From Perkinsus chesapeaki ATCC PRA-425 (Eukaryota > Protista > Perkinsozoa), in NCBI GenBank assembly GCA_013115145.1, contig JAAPAO010000130.1, positions 2,914-66,913 of the forward strand: a DNA stretch of 64,000 nucleotides, given 5' to 3'. The notes under the pieces are model-generated. The model saw only the letters and a program-made list of their open reading frames with translations, was not told where the DNA came from and ran no database searches. Shown one piece after another: positions 25,600-37,043 of this stretch. Numbering within the stretch: position 1 is the stretch's first letter; every line of letters begins with the position of its first letter. The translations under genes were made by a program, and so were the position numbers.

Positions 25600-28500
25600 A
25601 GGCTCTTCAAGGCGATACGTTTTGGCTTGGCGGCCAGTCGTAGATTTCCTTCTTCCACCGTGGACTCAACTCCGACCACCTGAACGGAAAATTGTCCCAC
25701 CTCGTATTGCGAAGATAGTTAACGACTCTATACCATGATACTCAAATCATCACCAATCTCTTTATAATGAACAAACTTAACAAATATGTGCCAAGCTTGA
25801 AAAAAGGAGTACCCGAAGTGCCCACGAATTCCTCCTCTTCTACGACTTCATCATCGCAAACCTGTCTTCCACTGAACATTCAGAGAATTTCTTCTGTGAA
25901 ATTATTTTTTTCTTTTTCCAGCTTGAACAAAACTTCGCTATATTCCCCATGTAAGCGAATGGATTTAACAGATATATGCTCAGTTCGGAAAAAAGAAGCA
26001 TCTGATATGGCCGAAAAAATTTTCCCTCTCTCACGACCCCGTCACCGATCCCTTCCACGATGCACCAAATTTCCAGGATGCGTGATACGTAAGTTTCCTG
26101 CAACTTCCAACTTGAAGTCCCGGAACAAGATTTCGTGATTGTCCCCCATGGAATAGGTGGCATATGACTCGTCGGCACGGCTGCACGTGCGGCAACGACC
26201 CGCCGAATGAGTTAGGTTACGTCACGCTCTATTCACAAGTGAACCTGAGCTGATGGCCATCTCATCCGATGGCTGGCTACCGCACTGCAGAATTTTGAAA
26301 GACTTCCCCGTCCAGTATGACTACCAGTTAGCTATCGCTGCAGCATACTCTGGAGCAGCTGTTGCCAAAGCTATTGCATACTCCATAGTGTCCAACTCCT
26401 CCTCAGTATGGCGACGGCGGCCCTCTCCCTTCTGCGAATAAAAAGACTCAATCAATCCCCCTCTATCAACTACTTCACCTGAGCGTCGTTAGTGGAACTC
26501 ATCGCGGCCGTGTCTTCAGCGTTATCCAAGCCTGAAAGTGACCACTTCCCTTTAAAAAATCGTCGTTTGGGAAGCTGACTGCTGTGATTTTCCAGAGCCT
26601 ACTTCAATGATCACCAATGCCCCTAATCACCCCATTGGTGCCATTGGCATTATACCGCTTTACGTGAAAGTTCACCGATAAACGTCTCGACTAGCCTTCA
26701 GTACTTCCACCGAATATCCAAACCAGTGATTCCTCAACTTCCCTCCCTTCCTCTAATATTACCAGCTGCGGCAGCAGCAGCCAGCCGGTGCTGGTTCATA
26801 GCGTCGACCATCCACAGGAGATGCCATTGCTTTTGTAGCATTTCCCGCATTCTTTTGGCATCCTCACACTCTTCCGTTTCCAGATTACTGAGAGTACATA
26901 ACAAGCTTTCTAAATTCTCGAGAGTGTGATAAAATATCTTAGGTCTTCTACAAGGCGATCGTCTTCCTCCGAGACCAGTCTTATATCTCACAGATGCCCG
27001 ACAATAAATACGTTAATGCCTTCAAATGTTTGAAGAGGGAGGGAAATGCGGCTGTTCTATAAGGGTCAGTCCAGGGAGAGCTGGACGAATACACCAAGCT
27101 CATAAGATCATATAAGACATGTACAGCCCTCTCGAATGAAATAGAATATTTAGTTTTCTAGCGATTTCTCGCATTGTATTATAGTCGGCCTTCGGGCGAA
27201 CCACGAAAAGTACAAATTCGGCCTCCAGGGGAAATCTTAGACTTCGACAAAGACGCGACTATGTTACATATGCATACACGGTTAATTATTAAAAGATTGG
27301 GTAAGTTCCTTATAAATGAACGAGGCCTTAAAAACCAGGTTAAATAATCAACTTAACCTGGAGATGCTGTATATTCAAAAATAACTCCTTAACTACCTTC
27401 TTCGCCTAGGTGTCAACACTAGACTGGAGCCCATCGAAGAGCTAGAGCCATTCCCGTGCGTCGCATCAACCCCTGACCAATCAATGACCATCAAACTATC
27501 ACCAGCTCCATCTGCACTACTTACCATTATTTTGCTTCTCCCGCGCGCGAGACGACTGCTCTCTGACAGAAAGATTCTTTTTAGGTTGGATTGGCACCCC
27601 CTACCCGGAGTCTCTGCGATCCGCCTTTTCTTTCTTCAAAGTGGCCCAAGCCTCCTACAGGAAAACCATTCGACACGCCGTGCACGGTCATACTAATCTC
27701 CAAAAAGTCGACCAAGTACTTCAATTCCGTCGGGAGTTTTACTAACCTTCCACTATTCGCAATTTCACAGAGAGGTGTTCGGAAACCCGAAAAGTTATTC
27801 TTGAAAATTCTTGCGCGCCGCTCGTCGAATAAAAAGTGTTATACTTGGAAAAAATGCAGGTGTTCCCAACTCGTACCGCCCCAGGAGGGGCCACCTTGAC
27901 GCATTGACAACTCTTTCCAGGATTTTACTATTCCTCAATGTTGCGTTGAACTAGCTGCAGCACATGACAACGCAGAGTGCTAACCACCCTGTAGATCATC
28001 ACAATGATCCGCTTCTTACTGATCCAAGTTACAGAGATGATAAGGATATTGCCCCTTCATTTTCCGTATCGCTGTTAGTATATTATATACATTTCTCTAT
28101 GTGACGATTTTTTTGTTCAACCATTACTCAGAGCCTAATTCTAATATCACAATGGTTGATAAGGCAATAGAAGAAGCTCACCAAGAGCTTCAAGTTGGTA
28201 CCCTACTTCACTCGTAATTCTCACGCGCCAAGAAATATGAGGTATGGATCCTTTTCTTCGCATCACCCTGTAGATGTATATATGTTGTATTGCTAATACC
28301 TTCTCCATCCTTTCACTCTCCCTCCTCCCTTTTAATGCTGCCAATGCCTTAGCACAGTTGGCTGCCACTTCCTCAGCTGTGAGATCAGCATCCTCTGGTC
28401 GCACAGAACTGAAAGATACCTTTCTTAATCCATTGAAAGCCTTCAATCTTCACTGCCCGAATCTGCCACTATTTCCCTCTATATAGTCGCACACGCACCA

Positions 28501-29741
28501 GCTTTATCGCTCATAACGCTTAAACCAAATCAATTCTGACTTTGATAATCGCCGAAGGCAGGATATTCAGAAGATCAATTGATCGTCTAATTATTTCTGG
28601 GCTCAACATTTCAGACTTTGCCCATTCTGACATACTTTATATCTTCCATTGATCTCCTTTCTTCAACCTTATCCTCTCTGACCTGATTAACTCGCCGATT
28701 TTCTTGCGCGCCATCAAATTCCTACCTCCTCAGTATCTACGCTTCTCCTACCAACTAGGGACATTATATAACCGTCCACTGCAAACAGAAAATTTTCTGG
28801 AAAAAAACAGAAAAAATTTTTTTTCCACGCATATCTCCTAGCCTTGGAAGAAACCGCCCCAGACTTGAGCGAGAACCAGGACTGTTCGAGCGTCGGAACT
28901 TTGGAAACCAGTAGGAGAATACGGTATGCACCGTGCACCGCATACTGTTGACCAGATTTATCGAACCAAACACAGATCCAAAACCTCATGAAAAGACACC
29001 TTTGCTGAAATGGTAAGCGCTCGTGGGTGTCCGCTTAAATTGGTACACTGCCGGCCTACTCAGAAGTAAATCTAATCTGCTCCAAAGCATTGGAATGTAT
29101 ATAGATACCGACCATGAAAGTGCACCCAGTTGTGATACAGTACCTACTAGGACCCACCACTACATAGACTGATGCGAATGAAGGTCCAAAGTCCCATCAA
29201 AAAACAGATGCGTGAAAGTGGCTCACTCTACACAGCTTGCTCTGAACGTCAGTTACTTCGCCAAACCGTTGGAACATGCTTTGGTCCCCCCCAGTACTTT
29301 CACCACCAAATGCAATTCCGCTGCGTTTGCACACTTCCACTCTAACAGTAGATTTTATACGGCTAATCGATGAGGAAATTATAAACCTATTAGTGACAAG
29401 CTTATTTTCAGCGAACTCGTGATCGATAATAATTTCTGATCTCGCCGAATCTCCTGTAAGAGCTCCAAGCTCAAGCTCACCAGTCTTAAGAACTCCCTTG
29501 AAGAAGTGCTTTTGAGGTTCTTATAAACTAATTAGCAGTTGTCGGATACTCTTAAGCAACTGCTGCTCACTTTCATAACACTACCAGTTGGAGCTAATCA
29601 ATAATTAGACTCACAATATAACAGTGAGTCCCTAAAATACTCTCAGACATCAGAGAGCTATGAGAACTGTCAAAAGCAACACTTAATCAGCTTTAACAGG
29701 CAAACCTTGCCGCCACGTGGGCTGATAACAGATAGCTCCAT
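25600..29741 (-). CDS. Multi-exon hypothetical gene(s), largely helical/coiled-coil
   Basis: ATG at 29741 (MELSVISPRGGK|gtttg), then many GT-AG bounded exons, e.g. SEMLSPEIIRRSIDLLNILPSAIIK, EDADLTAEEVAANCAKALAALKGRRESERMEK|gtatt, KGEGRRRHTEEELDTMEYAIALATAAPEY, ATYSMGDNHEILFRDFKLEVAGNL. May be more than one gene. Confidence 0.5.
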
Positions 29742-29805
29742 TGATGTTGAGAATGACACTTAATAAAAATAATTGAATTATAAACAAACGAGTCTGTCTT
29801 CTTCA

Positions 29806-32800
29806 CTAAGGTTTATCTCCATTCAGCATTCGACTGTTGATGTCCTCAATCACCACTGGCAGGTCCTTTATAGTATCAATAACGTAATGAGCACCTGGCA
29901 CAGACTTCACTGTGTGAAACATTTCAATAGGCGAATAACAGAGAACATTCCATATACAAAAACAACAACCGACGAACCCATTGACTCTGTTAATGTAAAC
30001 ATTGAACCGGTAAGTAATAACTTCGCGAAATTCAGCACGAACTTTCCAAGACTTCTCAAAAACACATAAAAATTATCTTCCAGAAATACCTGTGTACTAA
30101 ACAAAAGATGCCGACTAAACGCATTGGTTAAGAAAATTGCACGCTCTTCAGTTTCCCCAAATTGATGAGGTTTTGGAAGAGAATGAGAACATATAACCAC
30201 TAAATGAACTAAAACTAATACATAGAGATATGAGCAAGAGAGAGTGACGAAGTAGGTATCAATTAATAACAGTAAAAGTGATCTTTATAACAGTACAGAG
30301 GTACTTCAACAGTGTCGAATGAACACAATGGGCTATGGTCTCACCAGAGGTATTGAGTTTCTCTCTCGAGATCTGAATACGTCTTTCCCTTTCAGACTGG
30401 GGCATTGTCTCCCATTGCTCTAGAGTGTCAATGTCTGTGTAATTACTGAGGCCAGCTACACCTGACAAAGACGAACCGCATGCCATCAGCCGTGCATGTA
30501 CACTTTTCGACGTAAAAATCAGGAAAAAAATCCTGAAATTCTCTCACAAAAGTTCCTTGCCGACACAGGAAAGCACAGGAACATTTGAAAAGTGCACTGT
30601 GTAGTCGCCTTACGAGAGGTTCCTCTACAGGCACACAACTTCTATCAAACTTCTTTCATTAGACTTACCAACACTCCAACAGCCAGCTGATAGACCCTCT
30701 CCCACACCACTAACTGTGTCATCCACTTTAACAACCTGAATGGCAGAATATCGTCGTGAGCATCACCAAATCGATTGGATGAGGAGACTGTAAACTGAGG
30801 GCAGTCAACGGAGACCCCAATATTGTCATATACGTTACTTATAGCCACGCGGAATGTGAGCCTCCATATCGCCGTTGACCCACCGATTCTATAGGGAAAA
30901 CGCCGAGGTTGCAGAGGTTCTGATAGATCATGAATGGCGCCGGCCTGAAGCCCATATTATTCGGCACCTACACACACGGGAATGTTCGACAACAATGCTC
31001 GTCGAATTTCATGGTGCTTCTCACCTCATCACCAGCAACACTGGAGTCGGGGATATAACCCTGTTCTTTGGCCTTCTCTAAAAGTATATCGACCATGACC
31101 TTTGTGAAACCGGTAGTGGAGCCTATCTGTAGATTATACCTGAAATATAGGAATATAATAAAGGAAGGTAATGAAGAAATATAATGAAGATTCTTCATTA
31201 AAGAAATGAATAATAGTAAATATAGGAAATAATAAAGAATCATTAAATGTATAATTAAGAAGAGATATAATAGAGTAACACAGAAGAGAAAGCTAGTAAC
31301 AGAGGTATATAAAGTAGACTAATTTAGTAGTCGTTAATGTTGGATATCGAGCAGAGTACAATAAAATGAAAGCACACAGGTATTGCTGAGCTGCCGCTTA
31401 CTTAGACTTTAATAATTTAACAGTATCAGCTGCACCATCAATTAGAGTTGAATACTTGGGCAAGACCTGATAACATAACACCTATTCAAATAACCATGGC
31501 TCAACGCGGGAAGTTGATGCGAGACTAGGTCGACGACCAAAGATGATGAAAGATAACACGTGGTCGGTGATGTGGGAATGAATTCCCATCACTCAAAAGC
31601 TTGGTTTCGAAATTTTCGAACAACAAGTTTTTTTCTCCGGAAATTTTTTAATTTTTTTTTAATTTTTCTTAGTTTTACCCAAATTTGATCGAAATTTCCC
31701 CGTTTTTCAGTCCGGCATGCTGCGATATCTACTTGCGTATAACTGATATCTTTCCTATCATCATCATCAGGTCTCCAAGAGCACACAAAAACTGTCCCCC
31801 TTACCGCGCACTGCATCGGAACAAAGTCCCTAAACATAGCCTCAACGTCACCGGCTGTCGAGGGACGTCCTTTAATTTTACGCCATCTTTCCTGGACTTC
31901 TGGAATCTCCAAAATCTTGGCGATGTGAAGGTCCTTGCGCAGACCTACATGGAGGGGATATGCCAACTACGCTCGTATATGTCATCCTATATTCGCCCAG
32001 AACTGTTAATTCGACAGGCAAGCTTTGAGTTCTGTGAACTCTCGCATTTTCACCGACTATCTCATTTCTCAATAAAGTGAGTTCGATCCGGCACGGAAAG
32101 GAGAATGGAAGATTCCCCGTCATTTAGCATCTCTGTCCCACTCGTTAACGTAATACAAGTTTCCATCAGTAAGTCAATGAAATTTTCTTCAATAACCAAT
32201 TTTATGTAGCAATATGAGCTTCCATATAGTAACTAATAGCATCTATCCCACTCAGCACGTTCTTATATTGATGAAATTATGAACGGAGTTATTATAAAAG
32301 TGTCACTCAATTATCTATCACATTAGAGTGCGACTCACAGATTGCCAAGATGCCAATGTGATAGACTAATTTCTGCTCGCACAGGTCGAGCAGAAATTAG
32401 TTTATCATATTCTCGCGCCAGCATACGACTGACGTGAAGGCCTTAGATGATGTATAATATTATGCCAGTCTAAGACGGTCCCTCACCCATCGGTAGGCGG
32501 GCCTCCTTCATCGATATCTCAACTCCAAACTTGCGGAAAACTTCAACAAAAACTACCGCGGGTGCCAGCACGTGGGCATCAGCAGTGGTACCAGACCAAT
32601 CCAGAATACATGCCTTTAGAGGACCTGAAAGGGGACAATCAATGCTGGGGACATACTTCGACTAAGTGCGGAGGAGCATCCTGGAATTGCCGAGCGGAGA
32701 GGTATGGAAATGTATGAATAACGAATAAGAAGATGCGAACTTAAACCTTTTGCTGAACCACAATCCGCCACTCCTTCGGCTATATTATGCTAGTGTAATG

Positions 32801-33369
32801 TAGGATAGAATTATACTAATGGTAATACAGTAATACTATAATAAAATGTTGAGTATTACTTTATACAGTATTACTTTATAACAGTATAATACAGTATTAC
32901 TTTATAACAGTATAATACAGTATTACTTTATAACANNNNNNNNNNNNNNNNNNNNNNNNNNNNNNNNNNNNNNNNNNNNNNNNNNNNNNNNNNNNNNNNN
33001 NNNNNNNNNNNNNNNNNNNNNNNNNNNNNNNNNTTACTTTATAACAGTATAATACAGTATTACTTTATAACAGTATAATACAGTATTACTTTATAACAGT
33101 ATAATACATTATTACTCTATTATATATCAATATGACTGCATCAAAACTAATTAGTATCATCTGTTATAGCTTAGTCTATTATATAAAGTATTAAAATTAA
33201 GATATGAACATGAAGAGATGTAAATCTTACCTTTATAGGGTTCACGATTAGGCACATGCTTCACTACACCAGGCGCGAGGTTCACAGTCGCCATAGCTCT
33301 CGTGGAGCATTTCAGCCACAGACCACCAGCGAGCTTAGATTTACCGAAGGAAAGATTCCTGGCAAGCAT
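29806..33369 (-). CDS. phnX: Phosphonoacetaldehyde hydrolase (phosphonatase), HAD superfamily, 9 exons, 317 aa
   Basis: Exons 33369-33231, 32624-32487, 31944-31805, 31466-31402, 31139-31025, 30967-30884, 30735-30669, 30461-30345 and 29894-29806 join in frame at GT-AG sites (954 nt). Motifs: KGPLKACILDWSGTT (nucleophile Asp), EARLPMGLRKDLH (Schiff-base Lys), IGSTTGF, GDEV...RPAPFM, VVKVDDT..G..EG..AGCW, GAHYVIDTIKDLP. Confidence 0.95.
32355..32411. repeat. ~25-bp stem, 7-nt loop hairpin inside phnX intron 2
   Basis: tgatagactaatttctgctcg-cacaggt-cgagcagaaattagtttatca; the inner 15 bp are perfect, with G-T pairs further out. Confidence 0.95.
32853..33108. repeat. 26-bp AT-rich minisatellite in phnX intron 1, interrupted by an assembly gap
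   Basis: Unit cagtattactttataacagtataata is repeated on both sides of the N run. Confidence 0.95.
32936..33033. other. Assembly gap (98 N)
   Basis: Run of N characters flanked by the same tandem repeat. Confidence 1.
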
Positions 33370-33444
33370 TGGAGGACGAATCAACCTCTGAAGAATCTTA
33401 AGGAGACACATGTCAACGCAATGCCCGCAATGCTTCGACACCCA

Positions 33445-34724
33445 TCATGATTTCACAAGGTAATCACAAAGTCTGTCAACCCTCAAACTGCCACCGTCAG
33501 AGTCCTGAGCCACATCAAGGAGCTCGGCTATCTCATCCTGAGATGAAACAAATGAGCGGTATGAACGAGTAGAGCTGACAAGCGCACCTCGGAAAAGGCG
33601 GGTAGGCCGGCAGTGCCCTTAGCACGATTCAGCAAGTAATCGAGGCACTCCCTGGAGATAGTGTCATCGCCGCTCATGAGGGGGTTCAGCAATTCTGAGA
33701 GCGTGGAGGAGAGAGCGGTATGATGACGCAAATAGTGTAGGGTAAACGCTATTCATCATATTGATAGTCAAAGCTGGCTGACCATCGGAATCAGACACGA
33801 GTACATATACCAAGGATTTCGTTCAATCTTCGCCTCCTCGATGTTGAAGGTCATGCCAAGAAACTAAAGATATTCCCGAAGGCAAGATGTCCGAACTTCA
33901 AGTTTAACTAGTCACCATCGGCCCCCCTTCATTCGACACAATTCTGCACGCATGCGCAGATATCCCGCCGCAGGCATGGCGCGACTTACTCTTAAAAGCC
34001 TCTCGATCGACATTCCTCTCCCTACACACCGCCACTGCCGAGGAGAACACTATAATATTAGGCTGCGAGCCAAACTCAATCAGGATCTCATTTGTGAACT
34101 CCTCGTCACTGACAAGATTCACTTCAATTTTACAAATGCTTTATACGCCGGCACACGGGGAAAACCGCGCGCCACAAATTTCCACGACGGAATGACATCG
34201 GACGGACACTAGTGGTAATAATAAACTGTATAGCTACACTAAGGCATAGTAGTGTATAGCCACAGTAGGCTATGTGAGAGCGCTCATGAAAAGTCTCCAT
34301 AAGATTTGCCAAGTTAACCTTTCGACAGCTTCCCAGCACAATTCTGGCGTACCCTGATATCTCTGTGCTGGAATAACAACGATGAAATTTGGGGCTTACC
34401 ACTGAGGCGCACCAAATGGTCTACAATGCCTTCTCGACCCTACAGCTCCGCCTGCTCGAAAACTCGAAATGAGTACGAGGTGAAGTGATACAGAATTTCA
34501 GAAGCCGACAAGACTCACGTAATCTGCGCTCCACACACCCTCAACGCCTCCCGGAACTCCTCCGGTGTCAGACGGCCATCAGCATCTGAATTTGAGGAAA
34601 GAGCGGTATGAGCAGTCACGTACGAATTACCAGAATCAAATATATAAAAGACTTCTCTTTCGTCAACACCGCTGTTGATGGCGAGCGAGGAGCGCGAAGG
34701 ACTCTCGTGGAGCGGCTCCTCCAT
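33445..34724 (-). CDS. Calmodulin/myosin-light-chain-like EF-hand protein, 5 exons, 159 aa
   Basis: Exons 34724-34631, 34585-34519, 34108-33990, 33694-33588 and 33537-33445 join in frame (480 nt). Canonical EF loop DSDADGRLTPEE followed by ALRVCGAQITDEEF; the later EF positions are degenerate. Confidence 0.85.
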
Positions 34725-35236
34725 AACTTAGCAAACTCCCAATTAGCTGAGCCCACTATGGCCGAATCCAGTAGGAGAACACTCGTTTGAGCGTCTGGAG
34801 GTTTCAGTACGGCAGTACCAACGAGCGATCATTTCCCCCACGGAAATCAGTAAAATTTCAGTTTCTCCGCCTCCTCCTGCTTCGGCGATTTTCCTCTTCA
34901 TAGGGCATTACGACTTTGCCTACTACGTAAACTTCATTTAACCTTTCTACTATAAATGGTTTTCCTATCAAAAATGTCTATCATACCTTCGCACTATAAA
35001 TAATTCTCAATATTCTCTATAATTACTCTATTATAAGAAGTCTCTATAATGATTGTCAACCCCTGAGAAACGCACCAGAATCATTCCTTCAAAAGTGTGA
35101 ACTGTAATCAGCAACGACCAAAAGGAAGTTCTGGGCAACTGTGCGAGCTTATTTCCGTCGACACACCGAACACAATAACAAAACTTCGTGGATTCTCTGC
35201 GGTCGGATGACGATAACGCAACATAGGTTAGCAAGA

Positions 35237-36107
35237 TCAAGCTTGTTCATGCAGATATCTGAAAATGGATTCAATTCTTTGGCTCAAGGACTCTGCTCGC
35301 TTGACCAGCTCCTTACGGAAATGCTTGGCGGTCTCCTTACCTGACAAAACAGCGTTTTTCCAAAGCATGGTGAAATCTCACCCGAATGTAGATTTCCCGT
35401 TTCGATCTCATCAATGCCGTTAAACTGCAGCTTATCGAGCCTGCAAAATCCCAGTCATCGTTGAGCTATCAAATGCCTACCCGGCCTCAATTTGAGCCAA
35501 AACATGCTGGGCGCGCTCGGGCGTCAACTCACCCGAGCGCAGATCGGTCTCCACTTTGTGAACCTGAGGAGAACTCGACAGATAACTAATAACCACCGCA
35601 ATAGGTAGAGCTGGGTTGCTATCTTCATGCATAATGTGAAGCATGTACAAAATACGGAACGTTAAAATGTACAGAAATTCGGAGAGTGGTGAAAGGTGAA
35701 TCCAGGGGTATCGGCAATACCCCATCCTTGGGGAATGGTCTCTCGACCTCGACTTCGTGAACTTAGTGTACAGAAGTATCATTCACTATTAGAACTGCCG
35801 TCCGATTACATCGAACAGAATAGCTCGCATTTTTCAGATTTCAACGATGAGCTTGAAAGCTGAAGAATATACTGCAAACACGCTACGAAGCCGAACTGTG
35901 GTGAAGATGCCTACCATAACGAAGGTCCAGCCCCCTCAATCGACCTGTAATTTCTCCTAATCACAAAACTAATTGACCGCTCACCTCCTTTTCGATCCCG
36001 ATAAGCTGCTCACTAAGGAGCTCGAGTGCCCCGCATGTCTGCTGACTCAACACTGACATCGCTCGCTCCGGTCGGTTAATCGTGGCGGCCTGAGCAGTCG
36101 AGCACAT
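35237..36107 (-). CDS. Small BAG-like domain protein, 4 exons
   Basis: Exons 36107(or 36059)-35985, 35563-35481, 35440-35382 and 35340-35237 join in frame: ...QHVLAQIEAGLDKLQFNGIDEIETGNLHSGKETAKHFRKELVKRAESLSQRIE..., matching the BAG LxxLD...RKxLV pattern. Confidence 0.7.
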
Positions 36108-36474
36108 CTCAGCTGAGCAATAGCAAACGTTGATTCTACCAAGCACGCAAAATCCGCACAACCAAGAAGGGCATCATACTTAATAATAGTATACGAAAAA
36201 TTAAGTTAGTCTCTCGTATATTATTTATTATATAACTTAGTAAATCTCAAACATTGGGTGCAGTTCTCGTAGCAAGCAGCACTATATGAAGGCTTTTAAT
36301 GGAGGACCAAGATCATCTAGGATTATAACGTTTTTCCGTTTTGGACTATCGAAAACGAGCGCACTGTAGACCTTCGATTGGGCATCGGAAAATACGGGGA
36401 TTCACGTTGAACGTGGAATCATGTAAAATGATTTTATTTGGTTTCACGACATTTTATTAAAATTTCGAGAAATT

Positions 36475-37007
36475 TCACCAAGTCCCGGGCAGCCACCAGC
36501 AGTAGAGATTGCATTTTCTATACTGAATATTGGTATACTTTTGCCGATGGCTACTCCACAAGGACATAAAGATACTCACCTCCTTGGTTGCCGCATGGTT
36601 GCTGGGAAGGCCTGCGGGGTGCATGCAATGAATAACTAAGCTTAACCAAACTGGTCTACAGTTAAAGTCGAATGATCTGCGATGATCAAGCAATCCAGCG
36701 CTGGAAATAGTGCCAAGGTGTAATTTTTTTTGGTAGTGAAGTTAAGTAATCGAATCCATCCGCACTATAAACCTTCCCCGTTCCTGCACGCCTCCTTGGT
36801 CTTCTGGAACCCCGACTGCAATCCCCAGCAAGCCAGCTCACCCCAGCACTGAATCCACACGGTAGTGCAGATTTCAGGCGTAGAGGCAATGCAGTGATAT
36901 TTTCCGCTGCGGAGGCCAAAACAAGTCCCCAACGAGATTTGACTTTTGTAATTGATGAAACCAAACACTTCGAAGATGATAAAAAGCATTAAGAAATGAC
37001 AAATCAT
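36475..37007 (-). CDS. Possible small cysteine-rich spliced protein
   Basis: Hydrophobic start MICHFLMLFIIFEVFG, several short GT-AG bounded exons and a terminal YRKCNLYCWWLPGTW*. The reading frame across the exons is ambiguous. Confidence 0.3.
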
Positions 37008-37043
37008 GTCAACCAAGAAAGTCGAAGCAAGGAAGTAGCATCA

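Noticed and set aside
30259-30486. EQWETMPQSERERR resembling the UFD2/UBE4 core
   Set aside because: It splices in frame as exon 8 of phnX.
32853-33108. Regular repeats checked as a CRISPR-like array (also 54953-55140 and 63888-64000)
   Set aside because: The units are head-to-tail with no unique spacers, and the context is eukaryotic.
35278-35288. TTTGGCTCAAG, matching the 3' end of the dinoflagellate/perkinsid spliced leader (also a reverse match near 35491 and TGGCTCAAG near 2121)
   Set aside because: The matches are only 9-11 nt and the two longer ones lie within coding exons of the BAG-like gene; consistent with chance.
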